64,000 nucleotides of DNA, from IMG/VR virus record IMGVR_UViG_3300014059_000004, one strand, 5' to 3'. Origin of the DNA: a virus. A program made the translations under genes and the position numbers. How positions within the stretch are numbered: position 1 is the first letter of the stretch; every line of letters begins with the position of its first letter. Under the pieces are notes generated by a model. That model was not told where the DNA came from. It did not search any database and saw only the letters and a list, made by a program, of their open reading frames with translations. Of the stretch, positions 8,525 through 17,285 are shown piece by piece.

Positions 8525-11500
8525 ATGACGATGCAAAAAAAGATCACAATGCCACAATTGAAGAAGATCATTGGAGAAGAACTTCGTCTTTCTTTGAAAG
8601 AAGCTGTCGATCATGCATCGATCAGAGAAGTGGTTAACGATGCAAGCAAGTTGCTTGCAGCTGTTGAAGCGTTCAAGAAGAGTGCCAACGGTAGCATGAT
8701 GAATGCGTTGACTCCTCAAATTTCCGACATTGAGAAGGTTCTAGAGGATATGGTTTCTACGCCTGGCTCATACGTCGAGAAGCAGAAGACCAAGCCTCAG
8801 AAAGTTTCTTTGAAGCCTGCCAAGAGTGGTAAGACGCTATTATCGCTCTTAAGCTTGTTCAAAGTAGTAGTATTAGAACTGCTCCAACAGAATGAAGGAG
8901 CTAACAACATGGCAAAGAAACAAACGAAGCAAAGTCTTTTTAAGCGTCTCACCAGGCTGTTTAAGTCTGGTCCAGTCATAAAGAAGAAGATCAGGAATGC
9001 TGATACTTCTATCGCAGTTGCAGATAAGACTAAGTCGTCTGGAACGTTGCTGTTTCAAAAGTCGTTGGCACCAACGTACGCAACGATCACAGCAAATGCG
9101 TACAACTTGTCAGAACGCCTGATGAGGTATCAAGACTACCAAGAAATGGAGATGTGCATTTCTGGTGACACAAAAATCGCTGTTCCGAACGGTTACAAAA
9201 CAATAAGAGAACTAGCTGAAGAGTGTGAGAATGATCTAGAAAAAACGTTCATTGTTTATTCGTACGATCACAACAAGGGTCAAATTGTTCCTGCACTTGG
9301 AAAACAAGCTAGACAAACATCTGTTGATCATGCATGGAAAGTAACATTTGACAGCGGGTTGTCTATTACTACTAGCGCTGGTCATAGATTGATGCTTCGT
9401 GATGGTACGTATCGAAAACTTGAAGAACTTCAAGTTGGAGATTCGATGATGCCATTTTATCGAAAAGACTTGTTTTCGAATGAAAATAATGAAAATTCGT
9501 CAAGTGGCGGTTATTCATGGATTTACACCATGGATAGTACGCACAAAAGCTGGACTAGAGAACATGTTCTAATTGCAGAATGGGTGTCTGGTCGACGATT
9601 GACAAAAGATGAATGTGTGCATCACATAAACTTTGTTAGATCAGACAACAGGCCTGAAAATCTGTTGATCATGAATAAGTTCGAACACAGTTCTTACCAT
9701 GCAAAAATCAATAACGAAAAAAAGTGGCACGTTAACAACAAAGAATGGATTGACAAATTTAAGAAAACACATTCTGAATGGATGAAAGTTAACAATCCCG
9801 CCGAAAGAAGAGATGTAACTTTTGGACGAATTCTAGAAACGTGCGAAAAGATCGGATTCAATCAATCTGCGGTATGTTCTGCACTTGATGTAAGTGTAAC
9901 GGTTATTCAAAATCGTTTGAAGAAACACGGTTTTTCTAGTTTCGAATTGTTTGCAAAAACATACTGCAATGATTGGAAAAATAGCGGTTGGAATAATTCT
10001 GGTGAGAATAACCCACGCTTTGATAAAACCTTGACGTTTGCATGCATTTGTAACGCATACACAAATGACATGTCAGCAAAGAAACTAGCTGACATGTTGG
10101 GTACTACAGTTACAAAGATCATGAATCGAATTAGAACTGCCGGCTACAAAAATTATTCTGATTTTTCAGCTCAGTTCACTAACCATAAAATTGAATCAAT
10201 CGAGTACGTTGGTGTCATTCCTCTGTATGATCTTACTGTTGATGGCTACAAAAATTTTGCAACTGATTCGGTTGTTTCACACAATACTCCGGAAATAAGC
10301 TCGGCGCTTGACATCTATGCTGATGAAACTGTCGCGGCAGATGAAAAAGGTCGTGCTCTTCACATCTACTCAGACAATGAAAGAGTAAAAGAGATCCTTG
10401 AAGATCTTTTTTATGGTACGTTGAATCTCGAATTTAACCTTCGTTCTTGGGCAAGAAATCTTGTGAAATACGGTGATTTCTTTCTCTACAACGACGTTTC
10501 AGATGATTACGGTGTTGTTTCAGCGTTTCCAATTCCAGTCAATGAAATTGAGCGTGAAGAGAACTATGACAGAGAAGATCCGTTTGCCGTTCGTTACAGG
10601 TGGGTCACTCTTGGCAATCGAATCCTAGAGAATTGGGAAGTTTCTCACTTCCGTCTCTTGGGTAACGACATGTTCTTGCCATACGGTTCTTCAGTCATTG
10701 AACCTGCGCGCCGGATTTGGCGACAGCTTATTTTGATTGAAGACGCAATGCTTGTGTACAGAGTCGTGAGAGCGCCTGAGCGCCGCGTCTTTTACATTGA
10801 CGTGGGTAACATCCCTGCAAGTGAAGTAGAGCTATACGTCGAGCAGCAAAGAAAGAAGCTTAGGACGAATCAAGTCATCGACTCGAACACTGGGCGAGTT
10901 GACTTGCGCTATAATCCAATGTCTGTTGATGAGGATTATCTCATGCCGGTCCGCGGTGCAGAATCTGGAACGAAGATAGAAACACTTGCAGGCGGACAGA
11001 ACACTGCAGCAGTTGAAGACGTAGCATACATCCAGAAAAAGCTATTTGCGGCGCTGAAAATTCCTCGTGCATACTTGGGTTACGATGAGGCGCTATGCCT
11101 GGATCAGTCAACTTCTATCCCACTTTACGATGGTCGGACATTGACAATAGAAGAAATAGCGACTGAGTTTAACGCTGGAAAACAGAACTGGACATACACG
11201 ATCGATTCATCAGGCAAACATGTTCCTGGAAAAATTATCGATGCATGGAAGACAAAAGACGTTACTGAACTTTATCATGTGACTCTTGATAATGGTCATG
11301 TTGTCAAGTGCACAGCAAATCATCCATTCATGCTTAGAGATGGCACGTATCGTCGAGCAGATGAATTGAAGAAGGATGACAGTCTGATGCCAGTTTATAG
11401 AAAGTTTTCGTCAAAGTCTGATGGTGATTTTCAGAATGGCTATGAAAAAATTCTGAACAATAATACTGGACGTTGGGAATATACACATCGTCTAGCAAAC

Positions 11501-13318
11501 GAAGCTGGACTAGTTACTGATCATGCATCACGTGATCTTGAGAGATCATATGTAATTCATCATATCGATCATGATAAACGAAATAACAATCCAACAAATT
11601 TGATCAAGATGGGCAAGCGTGCTCATATTTTGCATCATTCTAGCGGTGCACGTGCTAATTTGTTGTCAAACACTGCTCGCGTCGCTCTTCGTGAAACAAT
11701 GAAGACGCAAAAGTACATCGATGATCATCTTAAAGGCGTTCAGAACAGCTGGGATAATTCAATCACGAGAAGAAATTCAATTGCTGTATCAAATTCACAA
11801 CAAAAACGTGTGAATATTTCAATCGAATCATTTAATGAATTGGCACTTAAATGTAGTGCAAGATCAGAATTTTATAAGCGTCTTAAGAGCGATTTGAACG
11901 TTAGTCGTACGTGCTTTGTTAACAACTTGTCTAGATCAACAATTGACGTTCGAACGTGGTTGTCATCTCATTTTGGTGTTATTAAGCATCGTGGAAATAG
12001 TAAGAAACTTAACTTCAATTTGCAAGACTTGATTGATGAATGCGTTAAACACAAAATTCGTAGCATAACTGAGTGGAGGCGTTGTAAGGATGTTTCGGTT
12101 AGTGGGCATGTTGTTAAACGAGTTTTGAATAACGCAGGGTACAAAGATTTTGCTAGCTTTGCAAAAACGTTGAATCATCAAATTGTTAACGTCGAACTAG
12201 TAAAACTAGACGAACCGCGAGCCGTCTATGATTTGACGATTGAGGGAAATCATAATTTTGCCATTGAAGCTTCAGAGTCAGAATGTAGCGATGACAGCTT
12301 GTCAAGTATGATTGTTGTTCACAACAGTTCAAAGGCAACGCTAGCCCAAGAAGATATCAGATTTTCCAGGACAATCTCAGTAATCCAGAAAACAATCATC
12401 TCTGAGCTTAATAAGCTAGCGATCATTCACCTATATGCTCATGGTTTTGACGGAGAGGATCTGCAGAATTTTACTCTTCGTCTTTCGAATCCTTCTACTG
12501 TTGCACAGCAGCAGAAGCTTGAGTTGTGGAGAGCAAAGTTTGAGATCGCTGGTTCTGCACCAGAAGGTTTTGTTGACAAGAACTTCATAAGAAAAGAAAT
12601 TTGGGGTCTTAACGAAGAGCAGTGCAAAGCTATCGATGACGCTCGTTTGAAAGATAAGATCGTTGATTCAACGATTGAGGGTGCTGCAGCTGGAGAAGCC
12701 GGAGCTGGCGGAGGTGATGCTGGCGTTGATGATCTATTTGGCGGCGACAACGGCGGAGAAGCAACTGGTGGAGAGGAAGCTGGGGGCGGAGGCGGAGAAG
12801 AAACACCACCTGAAGAAAATGCAGGCGAGGAACCAGAAGAAGAGGTTGAACCAGACGTTGAGCTTCTAACTTCAGCAGATTCTTTTGATGATGAAGTCTT
12901 TGGGTTGAAGGTTGGAAATTCTGTCAGAGACGTGGAAGTACCTGTGAAAGCGCAGAAGCAGCTTGACAGAGTGCTATACAATCGTGGTCGCTTGAGGACT
13001 CACGGAGCATCAAAGACGTTCATGCCAGATCTTGAGAAGATGACGTCAAATGATGAGCACGAATCGTTGAACGATCCTTTCGATTCTAATTGGATGAAAT
13101 CTGTGGTTAGCAATCCATTCGGTGAGAGCAGACAACACGAAAGACCAATAATGACGTCAGATATGATGTCTATTCTTCGAAATTGGTCTGTTACCAAGCG
13201 AGTCAATCGTGCCACCGCCACAGCGCAAAAGGTGATCACAGAATCGAATGATGACCTTGATGTGACTGTTGAATTCGACGAAGTATTTAATGATGACGAA
13301 CCAGGAGAGCAAGAGTAA
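8525..13318 (+). CDS. portal protein (T4 gp20-like) interrupted by two inteins; exteins about 810 aa
   Basis: Extein segments LIEDAMLVYRVVRAPERRVFYIDVGNIPA and ...DEDYLMPVRGAESGTKIETLAGG...AALKIPRAYLGYDE match T4 gp20 ([28 protein letters not shown] / ...[23 protein letters not shown]...). An alternative strong start lies at 8909 (AGGAG N9 ATG, MAKKQTKQSLFKRL, cf. gp20 N-terminus). Confidence 0.85.
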   Translation: MTMQKKITMPQLKKIIGEELRLSLKEAVDHASIREVVNDASKLLAAVEAFKKSANGSMMNALTPQISDIEKVLEDMVSTPGSYVEKQKTKPQKVSLKPAKSGKTLLSLLSLFKVVVLELLQQNEGANNMAKKQTKQSLFKRLTRLFKSGPVIKKKIRNADTSIAVADKTKSSGTLLFQKSLAPTYATITANAYNLSERLMRYQDYQEMEMCISGDTKIAVPNGYKTIRELAEECENDLEKTFIVYSYDHNKGQIVPALGKQARQTSVDHAWKVTFDSGLSITTSAGHRLMLRDGTYRKLEELQVGDSMMPFYRKDLFSNENNENSSSGGYSWIYTMDSTHKSWTREHVLIAEWVSGRRLTKDECVHHINFVRSDNRPENLLIMNKFEHSSYHAKINNEKKWHVNNKEWIDKFKKTHSEWMKVNNPAERRDVTFGRILETCEKIGFNQSAVCSALDVSVTVIQNRLKKHGFSSFELFAKTYCNDWKNSGWNNSGENNPRFDKTLTFACICNAYTNDMSAKKLADMLGTTVTKIMNRIRTAGYKNYSDFSAQFTNHKIESIEYVGVIPLYDLTVDGYKNFATDSVVSHNTPEISSALDIYADETVAADEKGRALHIYSDNERVKEILEDLFYGTLNLEFNLRSWARNLVKYGDFFLYNDVSDDYGVVSAFPIPVNEIEREENYDREDPFAVRYRWVTLGNRILENWEVSHFRLLGNDMFLPYGSSVIEPARRIWRQLILIEDAMLVYRVVRAPERRVFYIDVGNIPASEVELYVEQQRKKLRTNQVIDSNTGRVDLRYNPMSVDEDYLMPVRGAESGTKIETLAGGQNTAAVEDVAYIQKKLFAALKIPRAYLGYDEALCLDQSTSIPLYDGRTLTIEEIATEFNAGKQNWTYTIDSSGKHVPGKIIDAWKTKDVTELYHVTLDNGHVVKCTANHPFMLRDGTYRRADELKKDDSLMPVYRKFSSKSDGDFQNGYEKILNNNTGRWEYTHRLANEAGLVTDHASRDLERSYVIHHIDHDKRNNNPTNLIKMGKRAHILHHSSGARANLLSNTARVALRETMKTQKYIDDHLKGVQNSWDNSITRRNSIAVSNSQQKRVNISIESFNELALKCSARSEFYKRLKSDLNVSRTCFVNNLSRSTIDVRTWLSSHFGVIKHRGNSKKLNFNLQDLIDECVKHKIRSITEWRRCKDVSVSGHVVKRVLNNAGYKDFASFAKTLNHQIVNVELVKLDEPRAVYDLTIEGNHNFAIEASESECSDDSLSSMIVVHNSSKATLAQEDIRFSRTISVIQKTIISELNKLAIIHLYAHGFDGEDLQNFTLRLSNPSTVAQQQKLELWRAKFEIAGSAPEGFVDKNFIRKEIWGLNEEQCKAIDDARLKDKIVDSTIEGAAAGEAGAGGGDAGVDDLFGGDNGGEATGGEEAGGGGGEETPPEENAGEEPEEEVEPDVELLTSADSFDDEVFGLKVGNSVRDVEVPVKAQKQLDRVLYNRGRLRTHGASKTFMPDLEKMTSNDEHESLNDPFDSNWMKSVVSNPFGESRQHERPIMTSDMMSILRNWSVTKRVNRATATAQKVITESNDDLDVTVEFDEVFNDDEPGEQE
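9155..10285 (+). mobile_element. intein 1 (377 aa) with an HNH endonuclease domain, in the portal gene
   Basis: Starts at Cys in block A CISGDTKIAV; block B TSAGHRLM. Ends VYDLTVDGYKNFATDSVVSHN followed by the +1 Thr. Internal HNH motif HHINFVRSDNRPENL...H. In-frame length 1131 nt. Confidence 0.8.
11096..12325 (+). mobile_element. intein 2 (410 aa) with an HNH endonuclease domain, paralogous to intein 1
   Basis: Starts at Cys in CLDQSTSIPL; block B TANHPFML. Ends VYDLTIEGNHNFAI...IVVHN followed by the +1 Ser. HNH motif HHIDHDKRNNNPTNL...H. Shares LRDGTYR(K/R)..EL..(G/D)DS(M/L)MP.YRK with intein 1. Confidence 0.75.
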
Positions 13319-13319
13319 C

Positions 13320-14189
13320 ATGTCCAAGCAGTTGACACATAAGAAGAAGAGAAATTCAGGTTTGCTCTATGAATTTCTGATTCGAACGATCTCGCGCTCT
13401 CTCGTCGAAGGCGATCAAAAGAAGTCAGCGACAGCACTAAAGATTTTGAAGCGCAGCTTCAAGCCTGGCACTGAACTGTACAAGGAGTTCAGGCTCATCA
13501 ATTCGCTCGTTCGTACGACAGTTAGTTCGGAACATGTTGCTGCATCGATCATAAATGAAGCTAAAGTAGCTGCTGGTTCGTACGATTTGAAAGCTCTTGA
13601 CAAAGAGAAGTCCATCCTGATCAAGAACATCAATCATCTTATCAATGATGAAAATTTTTATGATCAACAAGTTAACGAGTACAAAGTTTACGCTACAGTG
13701 CAGACGTTGATCAACGAATGGCGATCATCTGACAAAGACATCGGAAAGCTCGCTGAGTACGAAGATCAGCTAATGAAATGGTTGACAACGGAAAAGAAAG
13801 AGCAAGAAGATAGCGTCATCAACGAGGAATCGCCGGGCACTGCCCGGCTGATGATGAAGGTCATGACCAAGAAGTTGAACGAGAAGTACTCGGGCGTCTT
13901 GAATGCTGACCAGAAGTCTTTGATGAAAGCTTACATCTTCTCAACAGCATCCAGCGATCCAACGGTTATTCAGAAGAAGCTAGCAGAGATCAAGGATTCT
14001 CTTCTTCAGAAGATCGATGCTTACTCAAAGATTGAAAAGAACAAGCTTATAAGCGAAAAGTTGTCGAATACGACGCAGCAATTGCTTACAGAAGATCTAA
14101 GCAACGTTGATGACTCTACGGTCACGCGCTTCATGCTTTACGCTAAGCTAGGATCAGAACTTGACCAAGAAGATGGGGATGAAAGATGA
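13320..14189 (+). CDS. hypothetical prohead core/scaffold-associated protein
   Basis: The ATG at 13320 is 1 nt after the portal stop, with GGAG upstream. Lies between portal and prohead protease, as do T4 gp67/gp68. Confidence 0.45.
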   Translation: MSKQLTHKKKRNSGLLYEFLIRTISRSLVEGDQKKSATALKILKRSFKPGTELYKEFRLINSLVRTTVSSEHVAASIINEAKVAAGSYDLKALDKEKSILIKNINHLINDENFYDQQVNEYKVYATVQTLINEWRSSDKDIGKLAEYEDQLMKWLTTEKKEQEDSVINEESPGTARLMMKVMTKKLNEKYSGVLNADQKSLMKAYIFSTASSDPTVIQKKLAEIKDSLLQKIDAYSKIEKNKLISEKLSNTTQQLLTEDLSNVDDSTVTRFMLYAKLGSELDQEDGDER

Positions 14190-14809
14190 AAGAGCAACGG
14201 TTGCTAAGCACGTACGACGTGCATGATTATGAAGTGATCACCGAAGTCAGCGACAAGCCGACAGGCCCTGTCAAGAAGATCATGATGAAGGGAATCCTTC
14301 AGAAAGCTGATACGCTAAATCAGAACGGTAGAATCTACCCAAAGTACGTTCTCGAGCGTGAAGTAAGAAACTACCAAAAGTTCATCCTCGAGAATAGGGC
14401 TCTAGGAGAACTAGACCACCCAGATTCATCAGTTGTTAACTTGAAGAACGTTTCTCACATCGTTAGAGAAGCTTACATGGAAGATGGTACTGTGTACGGA
14501 ACAGTTGAGATCCTTGACACGCCGTCTGGAAAAGTTTTGCAATCACTAGTTGAGTCAAAGGTGAAGCTTGGAATCTCCTCGCGAGGCGTCGGTTCAACTG
14601 CAAAGAAGGGTGATTATTACGAGGTTCAAGACGACTTTCAGCTTATCTGCTGGGACTATGTATCGGAACCATCAACTCCCGGAGCTTTCATGATTCCTGA
14701 AGGTAAAAAGATAACGCAAGCTGAACTAAATAAGGTCTTTAATAGATCTGATCGAATTGACAGGATCTTGAACGAAATTCTCAAGAAGTTATGCCAACTG
14801 GGTCTATAA
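14186..14809 (+). CDS. prohead core protease (T4 gp21-like)
   Basis: ATGA overlap with the upstream gene. NGRIYP...LGELDHPDSS...GTVEILDTPSGK...KLGISSRGVGS resembles the conserved His/Ser blocks of prohead proteases. Position between portal and scaffold/MCP. Confidence 0.7.
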   Translation: MKEQRLLSTYDVHDYEVITEVSDKPTGPVKKIMMKGILQKADTLNQNGRIYPKYVLEREVRNYQKFILENRALGELDHPDSSVVNLKNVSHIVREAYMEDGTVYGTVEILDTPSGKVLQSLVESKVKLGISSRGVGSTAKKGDYYEVQDDFQLICWDYVSEPSTPGAFMIPEGKKITQAELNKVFNRSDRIDRILNEILKKLCQLGL

Positions 14810-15585
14810 AGTTTATTTCTGCTAATTGTAAGCGATGTGGCACATCATTTAGTTATCGTTACAAAGCTAGCAAACGATCTCAAGTATTTTGCAGTCGGTC
14901 TTGTTCGAACAAAGAAGTGAAGCGAAATCGTTCTGAAAAAGATCTATTGTCTTCTTGGACTAAGACAATTGGTTCAGAAGCTGCAGATGAAAAACTTCAA
15001 CGTTTGAAGTTGTCAAAGAGTGAATCTGCAACAAGAAATAACACTGGCAAGAATCATTCAGACATCACAAAGAGAAAGATTTCTGAATCTTGCCAAGGAA
15101 ACAAAAACGTTTTGAAGGGACGAACATATCTTGAGTATTATGGTCCGGATCGAGCAAAACAATTGTCTGAAGAGCATTCAAGAAAATTGAAAGAAGGTTA
15201 TGCTTCTGGAAGAATCAAGCCTTCTGTTCGAACGAAATCAGCACCAGCATACAAGAATGTCAAGCTAAGAAGCATGCTTGAACTCAGAGTTATTCGTTTT
15301 CTAGAAGAGAGCGAAAATTTGTGCTTTAATGATTCATTGTTTTACGAGCATCCGGATGCTCATGTAACTTGGCATGATTCCACGGGTGCTGGTCACACTT
15401 ACATTCCAGATCTTTACGTACCAAGTGCAGAACTTGTGATTGAGGTTAAGCCTCAACGATTTGTTGACAGTCCGACTGAAGAAATGATGAAGAAGAAAGA
15501 TGCAGTTCTTCGTGAAGGATATAAATTTGAATACTACACAGAAAGAACGATAACATGTCGCTTAACAATCCAAAAGGCGGCCTAG
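14791..15585 (+). CDS. free-standing homing endonuclease (Zn-ribbon + NUMOD3-like repeats + PD-(D/E)XK nuclease)
   Basis: CKRCG...CSRSC zinc ribbon. HSDITKRKISES and EEHSRKLKEGYASG are NUMOD3-like. C-terminal YIPDLYVP..LVIEVKP is PD-(D/E)XK. Confidence 0.6.
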   Translation: MPTGSIKFISANCKRCGTSFSYRYKASKRSQVFCSRSCSNKEVKRNRSEKDLLSSWTKTIGSEAADEKLQRLKLSKSESATRNNTGKNHSDITKRKISESCQGNKNVLKGRTYLEYYGPDRAKQLSEEHSRKLKEGYASGRIKPSVRTKSAPAYKNVKLRSMLELRVIRFLEESENLCFNDSLFYEHPDAHVTWHDSTGAGHTYIPDLYVPSAELVIEVKPQRFVDSPTEEMMKKKDAVLREGYKFEYYTERTITCRLTIQKAA

Positions 15586-15986
15586 GATACGCTGCTGAAT
15601 TTCAATCATCGGCGCTTCCATGGGTAACAAGCAGCCAAGTTCCCGTTGTAACGTCTGGAATTCTACGTTGTGACTTTCCTAAAGTCAGTAGGTTCGTAAC
15701 TGTTTTGAATAATGCTAGTGCTTCAGCCGGTCAAGAAGTTCGAATCGGATTCACTAGGAATGGAATGACAGCTGGTTACTACAGCGTTCTAGCAGGTGGT
15801 CAGCAGACGACGATGGAAGTTAGAGTCACTAGCCTCTACATTGCTGGTGACACCAGCAACAATCTTCGAGTTTCTGTTCTTGCTGGTCTGACTAACATTG
15901 ATAAGTCAATGATGCCTCAACTGTCAGGAACACTTGATTCGGGCGACGTTGGTTGGTCTGGCGTCGGTTTACAAGAGGAAATTTAA
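15555..15986 (+). CDS. hypothetical protein
   Basis: ORF in the head module. TAATG overlap with def. Confidence 0.4.
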   Translation: MSLNNPKGGLGYAAEFQSSALPWVTSSQVPVVTSGILRCDFPKVSRFVTVLNNASASAGQEVRIGFTRNGMTAGYYSVLAGGQQTTMEVRVTSLYIAGDTSNNLRVSVLAGLTNIDKSMMPQLSGTLDSGDVGWSGVGLQEEI

Positions 15987-16480
15987 TGGAACTAGTCAAA
16001 ATACCTGATGATCGTTTGCGGTTCTTGTCCGGACCGGTTGACAAGTTCGATCGTTCGCTTCAAGAGCTATCAACTAGCATGAAATTGGTGATGGCTGTCA
16101 ATGGCGGCGTCGGCCTAGCTGCACCTCAAGTTGGTGTCAACAAGAGGGTCATAGTTGTCAACGTAGCGCCTGGTAGCAGCACACCAGACTTGATCACCAT
16201 GGTGAATCCAGTCATAGTGTACTCTTCAAGCTCGCAAGAAGCCGGCGAAGAGGGTTGCTTGTCTGTTCCGGGTGAACGATGCACCGTGACACGCGCAAAA
16301 TCTGTTGAAGTCGAATACAGAGAACCGAATGGGTTCTTCAAGAAGAAGATCTTCACTGGCTACGTTGCTAGAATTGTGCAGCACGAGATAGACCATTTGG
16401 ACGGTGTCTTGATGATCGATCGCTCAGCAACCCCTCTAGAAGCACACACGAGGGCACAAGAATATATTTCGGCTCACTGA
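15986..16480 (+). CDS. def: peptide deformylase
   Basis: All three PDF motifs are present: GVGLAAPQVG, EGCLSVPG and QHEIDHLDG. Length 164 aa. AGGA RBS 8 nt upstream of the ATG. Confidence 0.9.
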   Translation: MELVKIPDDRLRFLSGPVDKFDRSLQELSTSMKLVMAVNGGVGLAAPQVGVNKRVIVVNVAPGSSTPDLITMVNPVIVYSSSSQEAGEEGCLSVPGERCTVTRAKSVEVEYREPNGFFKKKIFTGYVARIVQHEIDHLDGVLMIDRSATPLEAHTRAQEYISAH

Positions 16481-16495
16481 TAAGGGTTACAGCAA

Positions 16496-16969
16496 ATGAA
16501 TTCACCGAATAAAATCTCGAGGTCACAGCTTAAGCAGCTGGTGAAAGAGTGCCTTGTTGAGATCTTGCAAGAAGGTCTTGGTTCCCCACTAGCACCATCA
16601 ACACCAGCTTACGCTCAGCAAGAAAGGCTTCCTCTTCGAGCAGAAGTGACAAACAGAAAGCCTGCAGCACAGCAGAAAAGAATTTCTCCGCTTGACATGC
16701 CAGCAACGAACCATGGGCTGTCGCAAGATATCAGAGAGGCAATCAAGAGAGAAGTTGCTGGATCACCAAACAAGAGTGTCATGTCAGAAATTTTTGCTGA
16801 CACTGCCAATCGTACACTACCTGGTTTGATGTCTGATGGCGGCGGTGACCAGCATCGTCCGACGTTGCAAGAGCAATTCCACGGAACGCCAGAAGAGATA
16901 TTTGGTGAAGAAGCATCTTCAAAGTGGGCTGAGCTAGCATTTGCATCGCCGGTAAAGAAAATTTCGTAA
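16496..16969 (+). CDS. hypothetical protein with a CTS-like N-terminal leader
   Basis: N-terminal ISRSQLKQLVKECLVEILQE leader motif, shared with four other proteins. Confidence 0.5.
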   Translation: MNSPNKISRSQLKQLVKECLVEILQEGLGSPLAPSTPAYAQQERLPLRAEVTNRKPAAQQKRISPLDMPATNHGLSQDIREAIKREVAGSPNKSVMSEIFADTANRTLPGLMSDGGGDQHRPTLQEQFHGTPEEIFGEEASSKWAELAFASPVKKIS

Positions 16970-17012
16970 TCGTTGTGAGAGATACTATTTAGTCGTAAGC
17001 ACAGGTAAGAAG

Positions 17013-17270
17013 ATGAAGCTAACAACGCAACTACTCAAGTCAATCATTGAAGAAGAAGTTTCTAAGTTCGGTTCTGGAGAAACAACAGAAGACCGAGCTG
17101 ATGACACGGAAGAAGTCGATGCTGACGAATTCGCAGATTCGCTAGAGAAGAAGATTGACTATGCTAAGGCGCTGAAGATCGAAGAAACTCGTCTTCGCCG
17201 TAGGCTAAGCAAGATTGTCGAAGCGAGAGCTCGGGTTAAGCAGCTCATCGCTAAGTCGATCTTAAGATAA
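17013..17270 (+). CDS. hypothetical acidic protein with a CTS-like N-terminal leader
   Basis: N-terminal LTTQLLKSIIEEEV leader motif. Confidence 0.5.
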   Translation: MKLTTQLLKSIIEEEVSKFGSGETTEDRADDTEEVDADEFADSLEKKIDYAKALKIEETRLRRRLSKIVEARARVKQLIAKSILR

Positions 17271-17285
17271 GAAGGAAGCAAGACC

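Noticed and set aside
12439-12981. 180-aa minus-strand ORF (Pro/Ser-rich) in the portal 3' region; similar ORFs at 18536-19011 in the scaffold gene
   Set aside because: They are the complement of the GAA/GGC-rich acidic low-complexity tract, so the open frames arise from composition and not from coding.
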